A program made the translations under genes and the position numbers. A model generated the notes under the pieces. It was given only the letters and a program-made list of their open reading frames with translations, was not told where the DNA came from and did no database searches. Below are positions 8,213 through 15,705 of a DNA stretch of 24,000 nt, piece by piece (the stretch's first letter is position 1; each line of letters begins with the position of its first letter). This DNA comes from Methanobacteriota archaeon (GTDB lineage Archaea; Thermoplasmatota; E2; DHVEG-1): contig CAIRCU010000006.1 in NCBI GenBank assembly GCA_903877165.1, positions 1-24,000 on the forward strand. The letters run 5' to 3'.

Positions 8213-8344
8213 ATGCCGCATTACTGCAGTATTTGTGGAGATGAGTTAGAGCCTGAAGAAGAGCAAGAGGGTATCTGCGAGAGCTGCAAGCTTTCTCAAG
8301 GCGTGGAACCCGGCACGGATGATGTGGAAACCGAATCCCATTGA
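8213..8344 (+). CDS. 43-aa zinc-ribbon protein (below the ORF-track size cut-off)
   Basis: My own translation: MPHYCSICGDELEPEEEQEGICESCKLSQGVEPGTDDVETESH. It has two CxxC pairs, AGGAG 7 nt upstream, a TATA box upstream, and a hairpin plus T8 run downstream. Confidence 0.55.
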   Translation: MPHYCSICGDELEPEEEQEGICESCKLSQGVEPGTDDVETESH

Positions 8345-8397
8345 CGTCCTCACGTCGGACGTAAGGGTCACGTGCACGCTACGGCCTTGCTCCGCGC

Positions 8398-8405
8398 TTT
8401 TTTTT
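8398..8405 (+). terminator. Oligo-T (T8) archaeal-type terminator after the zinc-ribbon ORF
   Basis: GCGC followed by TTTTTTTT, 54 nt after the stop codon. A 6-bp hairpin (ACGTCC/GGACGT, 8344-8362) lies just after the stop. Confidence 0.5.
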
Positions 8406-8441
8406 CAATGGTCTCGGACCCGCTTTTTCTTCCTCATGGAT

Positions 8442-8452
8442 ATTATTAAATA
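8442..8452 (+). promoter_or_regulatory. TATA box (ATTATTAAATA) for the RAM-domain gene
   Basis: Lies about 50 nt upstream of the ATG at 8500. AGGAG at 8486-8490 gives SD spacing of 9 nt. Confidence 0.5.
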
Positions 8453-8499
8453 GTCTTCGGGCGTTGACGAAACCAGTAATCTACTAGGAGAAAACCTGT

Positions 8500-8733
8500 A
8501 TGGCCATTGGCTTTGTCTTAATTCATGTCGCGCCCGCGCATGAGCACGAGGTCTACAACAAGCTAACAAAACTGCCGCAGATCATCGAGCTGCATCCGCT
8601 GTTCGGTGAGTACGATCTCATCGCGAAGATCGAGGCGAAGGATTTCGAGGAACTCGGGACGATCATCGTCAACAAGATCCGCTCGATTACCGGCGTGCTT
8701 GACACCAAGACCTTGACCGGACTGACGTTCTAA
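8500..8733 (+). CDS. Stand-alone Lrp/AsnC-type ligand-binding (RAM) domain protein
   Basis: 77 aa. The pattern AFVLIHV...V...L..LP.V.E.H.L.GEYDL.AKIEA.D..EL...I..KIR.I.GV..T.T is the AsnC_trans_reg fold without the HTH domain. Confidence 0.8.
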   Translation: MAIGFVLIHVAPAHEHEVYNKLTKLPQIIELHPLFGEYDLIAKIEAKDFEELGTIIVNKIRSITGVLDTKTLTGLTF

Positions 8734-9260
8734 GGTCTTCGTTTCGCATCAGGGTGTTGGTACATCCGGTACGCGGTCCGCTTGTCCGGCAGCACCAGCC
8801 CGTTGTGCAGGTCGCCGATGTACGAGGAGAGCGTCGGCTGCGGGTGCCGCGACGGTTTTTCCATACGCAGGATCAGCAGCTGCCCGATGCGCATCCCTGC
8901 CTTCAGCGTGAACGCCGTGTCCGAGGCGTTGAAGATCTCCAGCGTCAGATTCCCATCGGAGCCCGGCGAGATCAACATGCTGCCCATGTGCGAGGTGATG
9001 CCGAACCGCGCGAGCGTCGTGGACCCGTCGTACAACCCCGCATGGTCGTTCGGCATGGTGACGTGTTCGAGGGTAGAGCTGAGGATGAGTGCCTTTGGCT
9101 CCAGGATGTAACTGTCTTGGGTCTGGATGACTCCCGCGGGTTTGGCGAACTGATTCGAGAGGTGCAGACGCAGCGAGGCCGACTTCAGGATTGGCTCCGG
9201 GGTGACCTTCAGTTTCTTCTGACTAAGGAGTTCAGCAATCGATTGATCAGAAAGCAGCAT
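8730..9260 (-). CDS. dcd: dCTP deaminase (dUTPase-superfamily, housekeeping size)
   Basis: MLLSDQSIAELL...LRLHL..., with GSDG.LTLEI.N... and G.RI.QL blocks typical of Dcd. The track start at 9281 is TTG and lies only about 14 nt from the TATA-like box at 9291-9300, so the ATG at 9260 is preferred. Confidence 0.85.
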   Translation of the reverse strand: MLLSDQSIAELLSQKKLKVTPEPILKSASLRLHLSNQFAKPAGVIQTQDSYILEPKALILSSTLEHVTMPNDHAGLYDGSTTLARFGITSHMGSMLISPGSDGNLTLEIFNASDTAFTLKAGMRIGQLLILRMEKPSRHPQPTLSSYIGDLHNGLVLPDKRTAYRMYQHPDAKRRP

Positions 9261-9290
9261 AGGCCCTCGCAGGCACAACAAGCCGGCGTC

Positions 9291-9300
9291 GTATTTAAGG
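9291..9300 (-). promoter_or_regulatory. TATA-like box (minus strand CCTTAAATAC) for dcd
   Basis: Centre lies about 35 nt upstream of the ATG at 9260. Confidence 0.45.
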
Positions 9301-9324
9301 ATTGGTGACGACCGTTTGAGGCAC

Positions 9325-9334
9325 TATTATATAT
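9325..9334 (+). promoter_or_regulatory. TATA box (TATTATATAT) for the PspC-domain gene
   Basis: Lies about 55 nt upstream of the ATG at 9385, in the divergent intergenic region shared with dcd. Confidence 0.5.
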
Positions 9335-9384
9335 GTACAATGGGATTCACGCACGCCCCATGGTAAAGGGAGTCGTGAGAACCT

Positions 9385-10287
9385 ATGGCCTACTGTACAC
9401 GCTGCGGGGTGCAGAACCCCGAGGATGCACACTACTGCAGTAAATGCGGATCCCTGCTGGCCGGGTCCAGCGTAGACCTCGAGCGGCACATCCATCATTT
9501 CTCCCAGGAAGTCGAGGAGTTGGGCCGGCGGCTTGACCGCTCAATCCAGAACAGGGAGCGGCGTCACGAGTCATGGTACGACCGCACGTTCGGCGTCTTC
9601 GGGCCACTCATCAGCAGCGTCATCGGCCTGCTAGTCCTCCTGCTCGTCATCCAGGCGCTCATCACGGTGAGCGGCCAGGGTGTATGGCCCATGCGGGTCG
9701 CCAACTTCCTTAAGAACTACATCGGGGTCCTATTCGTACTCATGCTGATTGGGGGATACGTCTCGTATCTCTCCCGGAAGTACCGTCCGTTCCGCTGGGT
9801 CGCGCCGCTCATCGGCGGCATCATCTTCTACATCATGCTGTGGCTAGTGAGCATTATCCTCTCAGCTCTCAGCGTGGACCTCGCGAACCAGACGCTTCAG
9901 ACCATCTCCAATCAGTTCACGGTTCTCGCCTTGCCGCTGACGTTCCTCATCGTCGGCTTAGGGTACATCGGATTGTTCTTCTCACTATCACGACATGACG
10001 ACCATCCGCTGCCTCCCACACCGCCATCACCGACGCCCGCACCGTCGGCAGCCCCGGTTCAACCACCCATGCCAGCGCCCGTTGCGCCGCCCGCGCGCCT
10101 CTATCGCTCGGGGCGGGAGCGGATTCTCGGCGGGGTCTGCGGCGGCATCGCCGAGTACCTCAACATCGACCCGGTCATCATCCGCGTGGTGTTCGTCATC
10201 GGCATGGTCCTCTCCTTCGGCGTCCTCGTCCTCGGGTACTTCCTACTGTGGATCCTCGTGCCGCGCAACCCCAGTCATCCATGGTGA
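9385..10287 (+). CDS. Membrane protein: N-terminal zinc ribbon, four TM helices, Pro-rich linker, C-terminal PspC domain
   Basis: MAYCTRCGVQNPEDAHYCSKCGS (CxxC-x12-CxxC); hydrophobic helices; PPTPPSPTPAPSAAPVQPPMPAPVAPPA; then LYRSGRERILGGVCGGIAEYLNIDPVIIRVVFV, the PspC signature. Confidence 0.8.
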   Translation: MAYCTRCGVQNPEDAHYCSKCGSLLAGSSVDLERHIHHFSQEVEELGRRLDRSIQNRERRHESWYDRTFGVFGPLISSVIGLLVLLLVIQALITVSGQGVWPMRVANFLKNYIGVLFVLMLIGGYVSYLSRKYRPFRWVAPLIGGIIFYIMLWLVSIILSALSVDLANQTLQTISNQFTVLALPLTFLIVGLGYIGLFFSLSRHDDHPLPPTPPSPTPAPSAAPVQPPMPAPVAPPARLYRSGRERILGGVCGGIAEYLNIDPVIIRVVFVIGMVLSFGVLVLGYFLLWILVPRNPSHPW

Positions 10288-10324
10288 CCAGGAAAAGAAA
10301 GCAGCCCTGAAGCACCATCCCCCC

Positions 10325-10330
10325 TTTTTT
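10325..10330 (+). terminator. C-rich/oligo-T tract after the PspC gene
   Basis: CCCCCC followed by TTTTTTGTT, 38 nt after the stop. The same interval also lies downstream of the minus-strand tRNA-Gln(UUG). Confidence 0.4.
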
Positions 10331-10346
10331 GTTCCTCCTTGTGTGA

Positions 10347-10417
10347 CAGCCCCGGGCGGATTTGAACCGCCGACGTTGGCTCCAAAGGCCAAAATGTTGC
10401 CACTACACCACGGGGCT
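10347..10417 (-). tRNA. tRNA-Gln (anticodon UUG), 71 nt, no encoded CCA
   Basis: Hand-folded cloverleaf: AGCCCCG TG GTGT AGTGGCA ACAT T TTGGC CTTTGGA GCCAA CGTC GGCGG TTCAAAT CCGCC CGGGGCT G. All stems are Watson-Crick or G-U. It has A1-U72 and G73. Confidence 0.9.
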
Positions 10418-10449
10418 ATAGACCTACCCGGTAACAGAGCCATGGCATT

Positions 10450-12132
10450 TTAAGGTTTAGGACCCGCCGCGCTCTGAATCTTCCCCCATGTGTCCCGCAG
10501 TTCCGTCGTGCGGTTCAAGACGAGATGGCCGGGGGTCGTGTCAGTGTCGACGCAGAAGTACCCGAGGCGTTCGAACTGGAAGCGATCTAGCGGCTTGCAG
10601 GTCTTGACCGCTGGCTCGACCTTACACTGCTGCAGGATCTCCAGGGATTGGGGGTTCAGGAGCGTCTTATAGTCGGCGCCCTTCTGATCCAGGGGATCGC
10701 GTACCGTGAACAGCTTGTTGTACAATCGGACTTCAGCGTCCACGGCGTCCGATGCGGACACCCAGTGGATCGTTGACTTCACCTTCCGGCCGTCCGGGGC
10801 GTACCCGCCCTTGGTCGCCGGGTCGTACGTGCAGCGCAGCTCCACGACCTTTCCATCGCGTTTGACGACATCCCGGCAGGTGATGAAATACGCGTAGCGC
10901 AGCCGTACCTCGCGGCCCAGGGCGAGACGGTAGAACTTCGGCGGCGGCTGCTCCATGAAGTCGTCCTGTTCGATGTACAGGGTCTTGGAGAACGGGATCC
11001 GCCGCGAGCCCATGCCCGGGTCCTCAGGGTTGTTGACGGCGTCGACCTCCTCCTTGGTCTCCGGGTAGTTCTCAATCGTCACTTTCAATGGCCTTAGGAC
11101 GCCCATGTACCGCGGCGCGGTCTTGTTGAGATCCTCGCGGATGCAGTACTCGAGGAACTCGAAGTCCACGATGCTGTTGACCTTGGCGACACCGATGCGC
11201 TTGGCGAACGTCCGGATCCCTGAGGGTGAGTACCCGCGTCTGCGCATCCCGGAGATCGTCGGAAGCCTTGGGTCGTCCCAGCCTTTGACGAGGCCGTCAT
11301 TCACGAGTTGCAGTAGCAGCCGTTTGCTCATCACCGTGAAGGTGAGGTTAAGGCGGGCGAACTCGATTTGCTGCGGGTGGTACACGCCGAGGGCGTCCAG
11401 GAACCAGTCGTACAGCGGACGGTGGTTCTCGAACTCAAGTGTGCAGATCGAATGCGTGATGTGCTCGATGGAGTCCTCGAGGCCGTGCGCCCAGTCGTAC
11501 ATTGGGTAAATACACCATTTATCCCCTGTGTTGTGATGGGTGGCGCGCAGGATGCGGTACATCACCGGGTCGCGCATGTTGAGGTTCGGGTGGTTCATGT
11601 CGATCTTTGCGCGCAGGACCTTGGAGCCGTCCGGGAACTCCCCGGCCTTCATGCGGCGGAACAACGAAAGGTTCTCGTCGATGGAGCGGTCGCGGTACGG
11701 GCTCTTCGTCCCTGGATTGGTGAGGGTGCCACGCAGCTCCGCGATCTGGTCCGCGGTGAGGTCGTCGACGTACGCCTTGCCTTTCTTGACAAGGTCTTCT
11801 GCGTACGTGTACATCTGGTCGAAATAGTCGGAGGCATAGAACAATCTGTCCTGCCAGTCGAAGCCGAGCCATTTGACGTCCGTGATGATGGACTGGACGT
11901 ACTCCTCTTCTTCTTTGGCTGGGTTGGTGTCGTCGAAGCGCAGGTTGCATTTGCCGTTGTACTGCTCGGCGATGCCGAAGTTCAGGCAGATGGATTTCGC
12001 ATGGCCGATGTGCAGGTAGCCGTTTGGCTCCGGTGGGAACCGGGTATGTACGCGTCCCTGGTACTTGTTGGACGCGAGGTCCGCGTCGATGATCTCTCGG
12101 ATGAAGTCCTTGCTTGCCTGCGGCTCGGCCAT
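10450..12132 (-). CDS. glnS: Glutaminyl-tRNA synthetase, bacterial type
   Basis: Near-colinear with E. coli GlnS as I recall it: [63 protein letters not shown] (HIGH), TVMSKR (KMSKS), and C-terminal FQFERLGYF...NRT..LRDTW. The track start at 12138 is GTG. The ATG at 12132 (MAEPQ...) has a GGGAG 8 nt upstream and is preferred. Confidence 0.95.
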   Translation of the reverse strand: MAEPQASKDFIREIIDADLASNKYQGRVHTRFPPEPNGYLHIGHAKSICLNFGIAEQYNGKCNLRFDDTNPAKEEEEYVQSIITDVKWLGFDWQDRLFYASDYFDQMYTYAEDLVKKGKAYVDDLTADQIAELRGTLTNPGTKSPYRDRSIDENLSLFRRMKAGEFPDGSKVLRAKIDMNHPNLNMRDPVMYRILRATHHNTGDKWCIYPMYDWAHGLEDSIEHITHSICTLEFENHRPLYDWFLDALGVYHPQQIEFARLNLTFTVMSKRLLLQLVNDGLVKGWDDPRLPTISGMRRRGYSPSGIRTFAKRIGVAKVNSIVDFEFLEYCIREDLNKTAPRYMGVLRPLKVTIENYPETKEEVDAVNNPEDPGMGSRRIPFSKTLYIEQDDFMEQPPPKFYRLALGREVRLRYAYFITCRDVVKRDGKVVELRCTYDPATKGGYAPDGRKVKSTIHWVSASDAVDAEVRLYNKLFTVRDPLDQKGADYKTLLNPQSLEILQQCKVEPAVKTCKPLDRFQFERLGYFCVDTDTTPGHLVLNRTTELRDTWGKIQSAAGPKP

Positions 12133-12164
12133 CTTCACATCTCCCTTTTCTTGTGGTGATGAAG

Positions 12165-12236
12165 CAGCCCCGAGCGGATTCGAACCGCTGACAAGAGATC
12201 CAGAGTCTCCTATGTTAACCGCTACACCACGGGGCT
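12165..12236 (-). tRNA. tRNA-Gln (anticodon CUG), 72 nt, no encoded CCA
   Basis: Hand-folded: AGCCCCG TG GTGT AGCGGTTA ACAT A GGAGA CTCTGGA TCTCT TGTC AGCGG TTCGAAT CCGCT CGGGGCT G. The acceptor and D stems are identical to those of the UUG isoacceptor. Confidence 0.9.
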
Positions 12237-12278
12237 ATGCGACTTGGGTGAAACAGAGAGCAGATAAAAAAAGGTAGC

Positions 12279-12286
12279 TATAATAC
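12279..12286 (-). promoter_or_regulatory. TATA-like box (minus strand GTATTATA) upstream of tRNA-Gln(CUG)/glnS
   Basis: Lies about 45 nt upstream of the mature tRNA 5' end. An adjacent T8 tract (12264-12274 region) could be an alternative TATA, or the terminator of the upstream gene. Confidence 0.4.
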
Positions 12287-12368
12287 TTTTCAGGGCGTCC
12301 CGGCGCGATAGACGGGTGGGAGAAGCCCGTGTTGAGGACGGGGGACGCGAAAGGAGAGGCAGTGCGGT

Positions 12369-12638
12369 TTATCCTTTGGTGAACAGGATGTTGCCGGAGG
12401 GGGTCATGGCCTGGAGGGATTCGTTGTTCTCGATGTAGAGGGTCAGGTGCTGTCCCTGAATCTCGCAGCCCAACAGGACGTAGTCCGTGGCGTCCACTGG
12501 GTAGAGCAGGATGTTGGGGATGAGGGTCCCTTGGGTGGTTTCCCCTGAGTCGAGGCTCAGTTCAACCGTGGCCTGGGTCTGAGTGATGCTTGCGTTCAGG
12601 GTCTGCGTCCAGTTGCCGTTGATGTCGAAGGTGTCCAT
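12369..12638 (-). CDS. Hypothetical sequon-rich beta-rich domain protein (possibly the C-terminal part of the upstream gene)
   Basis: 89-aa ORF with no signal peptide, no Shine-Dalgarno and no promoter. It is in the same frame as 12687..13310 and separated from it by a single TAA plus 16 sense codons. Confidence 0.45.
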   Translation of the reverse strand: MDTFDINGNWTQTLNASITQTQATVELSLDSGETTQGTLIPNILLYPVDATDYVLLGCEIQGQHLTLYIENNESLQAMTPSGNILFTKG

Positions 12639-12686
12639 GGTCCAGTTTCCGGTGAGGTCCGGGTACGTGTATGCGACCGGGATTTT

Positions 12687-13310
12687 TTAGAACGTGACGT
12701 TGACGTCGTCGAGGTAGTACGTGCGGCTCGTCTCCCAGGTGCCCCAGACGCCGATGCTTATGTAGAGCGTGCCGGTGGCACTTGAGGTCGCGACGAAGTC
12801 GTAGGATTTCGGGAACCAGATGAGGTTGGTGGTGTTCACGCCGTTCCCGGTCTCATCTTGGTAGATGAGTCCTGCTGAGGCTGGGGGTTCGGCGGTGACG
12901 CTGGTGATGATGCGGAAGAGGTTCATGCCGTAGTCCGAGGTGCCGAACTGGTAGGAGACCGAGATGTAGTACTGGGATGTTGGGTCGACGTGGAAGGCGC
13001 GTTGGATCCAGATCTTGCCTGCATCGTTGAGGTTGTCCAGCTGGAGTTGGAGGCTGGTGGTGCCGTCCATTGCTTGGGTGGTGGTCCGGTTGATCCACCA
13101 GTGGACTGGCGGGTCGAGAAGGTCGGTGCCGTTCGCGGTCCAGTTGTCCATGGATGTTTCGAAGGATGATCTGGTGGAATTGACGTGCGGCTGCGAGGGA
13201 GGTGGGTGTTGGGTCGCAGGGGTGCTGGTGTAGATGATGGCGATGCCGATGGCGGTCAGGGAGAAGACGATGAGGCAGATGATGAGAATAGCTTTAGTCG
13301 CAAGGCGCAT
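12687..13310 (-). CDS. Hypothetical secreted or membrane-anchored protein
   Basis: 207 aa. N-terminal signal anchor (AILIICLIVFSLTAIGIAIIY) followed by a beta-rich region with many N-x-S/T sequons. I recognise no family. Confidence 0.6.
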   Translation of the reverse strand: MRLATKAILIICLIVFSLTAIGIAIIYTSTPATQHPPPSQPHVNSTRSSFETSMDNWTANGTDLLDPPVHWWINRTTTQAMDGTTSLQLQLDNLNDAGKIWIQRAFHVDPTSQYYISVSYQFGTSDYGMNLFRIITSVTAEPPASAGLIYQDETGNGVNTTNLIWFPKSYDFVATSSATGTLYISIGVWGTWETSRTYYLDDVNVTF

Positions 13311-13391
13311 AGGAGTCTCCTGCGGGTCTGCGTAAGGTGTTCCGCGCTTTTTACCCTTGTGGAAAATGTTGGGGATTCACCGAACCACGAT

Positions 13392-13841
13392 TTATGGGAA
13401 CAGGCGGTAGACTGTCACGTTATCCCAAATGCTTTGTCCATCCTGAAAAGTGACTCTCACCCCTAACGTTGGAGCATGCCCAAAGATCGGTACTGGGATT
13501 GGATTCACAGGCCAGCCGAAAGGCGGTGCAGTCTGAATGCTCCCTTGTCCGTCATAGTAGACCATAATGAGCACAATACCATCACCGCCGCTGATAGAGA
13601 TTCCCATTGGTATCTCACGCTTGAAACGGTAATGCAGGAAAAGTGGAACGGAGTAGTTCGCGATCTTATGGTCGTTCCAATACAGCCCGTTCTCTGGGGT
13701 ATTGTGGAATGCGATTGGATCCTGCATGACGGTGGATGTCTTGTACGAAGGAACCGTTCCAGCGACCGTCAGCGGGGCGATGAGACAAAGACAGACGATG
13801 ACGAGTCCGACACTCTTTCCCCCATTCCGTTTCCCCGGCAT
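13392..13841 (-). CDS. Hypothetical small secreted protein
   Basis: 149 aa with a signal peptide (SVGLVIVCLCLIAPLTVAG) and AAGGAG 8 nt upstream of the ATG. GC content is lower than in neighbouring regions. Confidence 0.6.
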   Translation of the reverse strand: MPGKRNGGKSVGLVIVCLCLIAPLTVAGTVPSYKTSTVMQDPIAFHNTPENGLYWNDHKIANYSVPLFLHYRFKREIPMGISISGGDGIVLIMVYYDGQGSIQTAPPFGWPVNPIPVPIFGHAPTLGVRVTFQDGQSIWDNVTVYRLFP

Positions 13842-13995
13842 ACAAATCGCTCCTTAAGTAGTAAGAATACAACGATGTCTACTTATTTTTTTCGTAAATG
13901 CTATTTAAAGACGAGTTCGGTTTTATTAGAGAAGGAAGTAGCCGTTGCGGCTTTCCTGTGTGTTTCGTCATGGTCTCTTTGGTTTTTTCGAGGCA

Positions 13996-14008
13996 AAAAA
14001 TATATAGG
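13996..14008 (+). promoter_or_regulatory. TATA box (AAAAATATATAGG) for the PQQ-repeat gene
   Basis: Centre lies about 36 nt before the ATG at 14038. The track start at 14020 (TTG) would sit too close to the box. Confidence 0.5.
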
Positions 14009-14037
14009 ATGGCAGATATTTGTTACACCGGGTTCGT

Positions 14038-15642
14038 ATGAGAGGAGTAGCAATCCTGGTTGTCTGCATCGTCCTAATGCAAGGGATGCTGGTTATCGCG
14101 GGTGAAAACTCGGGACAAACGGGGATGTCGCGGGAAGAGATGCTGAAGTATCAGTCTTCTTGGGAAGTGAGTGGTTCTGGCAAAGCTCTCACATCCAACG
14201 CCATAAGTGAGATCCCTTCGATGCAGAGTGCGTCCCCATTATCGTTCACGGAGGGCCCTATGGATTCGCCCTGGCCAATGCTGAGCCATGACAGTGTTCA
14301 TTCCGGTAGAAGTCAATACAGCACGAAAAACGTTTCTGGGGCAGAACTATGGCAGGTTCATGGGGACTCTTCAGGGGAAGTATGGAGTTCAGCAGTGATT
14401 GATAAAAATGGCACCATTTACTTTGGTACACTTGGTTCCGATTCAGGTTTGTATGCCTTGTATCCGAACGGGACAAGAATATGGAGATACCATGCACATG
14501 ACTTGATTTGGTGCACACCTGCTCTTGCGGAAGATGGCACCATTTATTTCGGCACCTGGGGCTCCTATTTCACTGCTGTGAAACCAAATGGACAAGAGAA
14601 ATGGTTATACCCTGCAGGGATGTGTTACTCTCCCGCAATCGCAAAGGATGGCACAATCTATTTTGGTACAGACAGTCGCTTTGTGTACGCCTTGAACCCA
14701 AATGGGACGCTGAAATGGCGGTATCTGACCGGGTATATCGTCTTGGGATGCCCCGCTCTGGGAAGCGATGGCACAATCTATATTGGCTCCGGTGACTACA
14801 ACCTCTACGCCCTCAACCCCAACGGCACTCTCCGCTGGCTTTTCCACACCGGCGGCTACATCAAAGGATCCGCCTCCATCGCACCAGATGGCACAATATA
14901 CGTGCCAAGCTTCGATGGCTACTTGTACGCAGTAAACCCGAATGGGACATTGCGATGGAAGGCATCTACCGGCGGGAGCGTTGCTGGCGCCGGGGTCGCC
15001 CTAGCCGCTGATGGAACAATCTACATCGGTACCGATCAGCTCCGGGCATTCTATCCCAATGGCACCCTGAAATGGTGTACCAACGTACAAGGATATGTCT
15101 CTGCCACAGTCCCTGCGGTCTCCGGTGATGGCACGATTTTCGTAACCGGTGGAAGTAACCTGGTCGCCGTGAACCCGGATGGAACGGTGAAATGGCGCTC
15201 CACGATTTCTAACGAGCAGTGCCATTCATCACCCTGCATTGGTCCAAACGACCGGGTCTACGTCGGCTCCATTTATCGAGACTATGGGTATCTCCATGCG
15301 TTTGGGCCCGGTGAGCCGAAGAAAATCGAGATTCTCCAGCCGCAGCTAGGGCATCTCTACATCTTTGACAATGACCATGGACGGACACTCTTTAACCGTA
15401 CTGTCATCATCGGAGCGGTCACCATCAAGGTGAACGTCTACAGTCCGGACGAGATCATCAACGTCTCATTCTATATCGATGACTTCCATGCTTCCGTCAC
15501 CAGCCCTCCGTATGAATGGAGAATGGACCAGAGGTACGGAAAAAAACCGCTGATGAAAGGCTCCATTACCGTGGTTGGGTACTACAAGGGTGGACCATCC
15601 TGGACCGAGTCGATGCCCGTGGTCTACTTCCATCTCCTTTAA
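14038..15642 (+). CDS. Secreted PQQ-like (BamB-type) beta-propeller repeat protein with a C-terminal Ig-like domain
   Basis: Signal peptide MRGVAILVVCIVLMQGMLVIAG. At least eight repeats of the form DGTIYFGT....LYALNPNGTLKWRY. The last approximately 110 aa form a separate beta-sandwich-like region. Confidence 0.85.
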   Translation: MRGVAILVVCIVLMQGMLVIAGENSGQTGMSREEMLKYQSSWEVSGSGKALTSNAISEIPSMQSASPLSFTEGPMDSPWPMLSHDSVHSGRSQYSTKNVSGAELWQVHGDSSGEVWSSAVIDKNGTIYFGTLGSDSGLYALYPNGTRIWRYHAHDLIWCTPALAEDGTIYFGTWGSYFTAVKPNGQEKWLYPAGMCYSPAIAKDGTIYFGTDSRFVYALNPNGTLKWRYLTGYIVLGCPALGSDGTIYIGSGDYNLYALNPNGTLRWLFHTGGYIKGSASIAPDGTIYVPSFDGYLYAVNPNGTLRWKASTGGSVAGAGVALAADGTIYIGTDQLRAFYPNGTLKWCTNVQGYVSATVPAVSGDGTIFVTGGSNLVAVNPDGTVKWRSTISNEQCHSSPCIGPNDRVYVGSIYRDYGYLHAFGPGEPKKIEILQPQLGHLYIFDNDHGRTLFNRTVIIGAVTIKVNVYSPDEIINVSFYIDDFHASVTSPPYEWRMDQRYGKKPLMKGSITVVGYYKGGPSWTESMPVVYFHLL

Positions 15643-15705
15643 AATACGGTATCCCCTTGGAAAGCAACAGTTAAAACATCCTTCTGATATCCAAGCCTTA
15701 GTCTT

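Noticed and set aside
8730-9260. dCTP deaminase as a nucleotide-depletion anti-phage defence gene.
   Set aside because: It has housekeeping size (about 176 aa), no fused kinase or sensor domain and no defence-type neighbours. It looks like the ordinary dcd of pyrimidine metabolism.
12290-12368. GC-rich alternative hairpins (GACGGG / CCCGT / ACGGG) downstream of the 89-aa ORF, considered as a possible ncRNA or riboswitch.
   Set aside because: The stems are short (5-6 bp). The position fits a 3' UTR or terminator region ahead of the T8 tract, and I recognise no conserved riboswitch core.
12687-12689. The in-frame stop between the two secreted ORFs as a recoded amino-acid codon (pyrrolysine or selenocysteine).
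   Set aside because: The codon is TAA, not TAG or TGA. I could not identify a PYLIS- or SECIS-like structure downstream.
14038-15642. Tandem nucleotide repeats in the PQQ gene as a CRISPR-like or satellite array.
   Set aside because: The periodicity is that of approximately 40-aa propeller blades within one intact reading frame. The repeats are degenerate at the DNA level and have no spacer-repeat structure.
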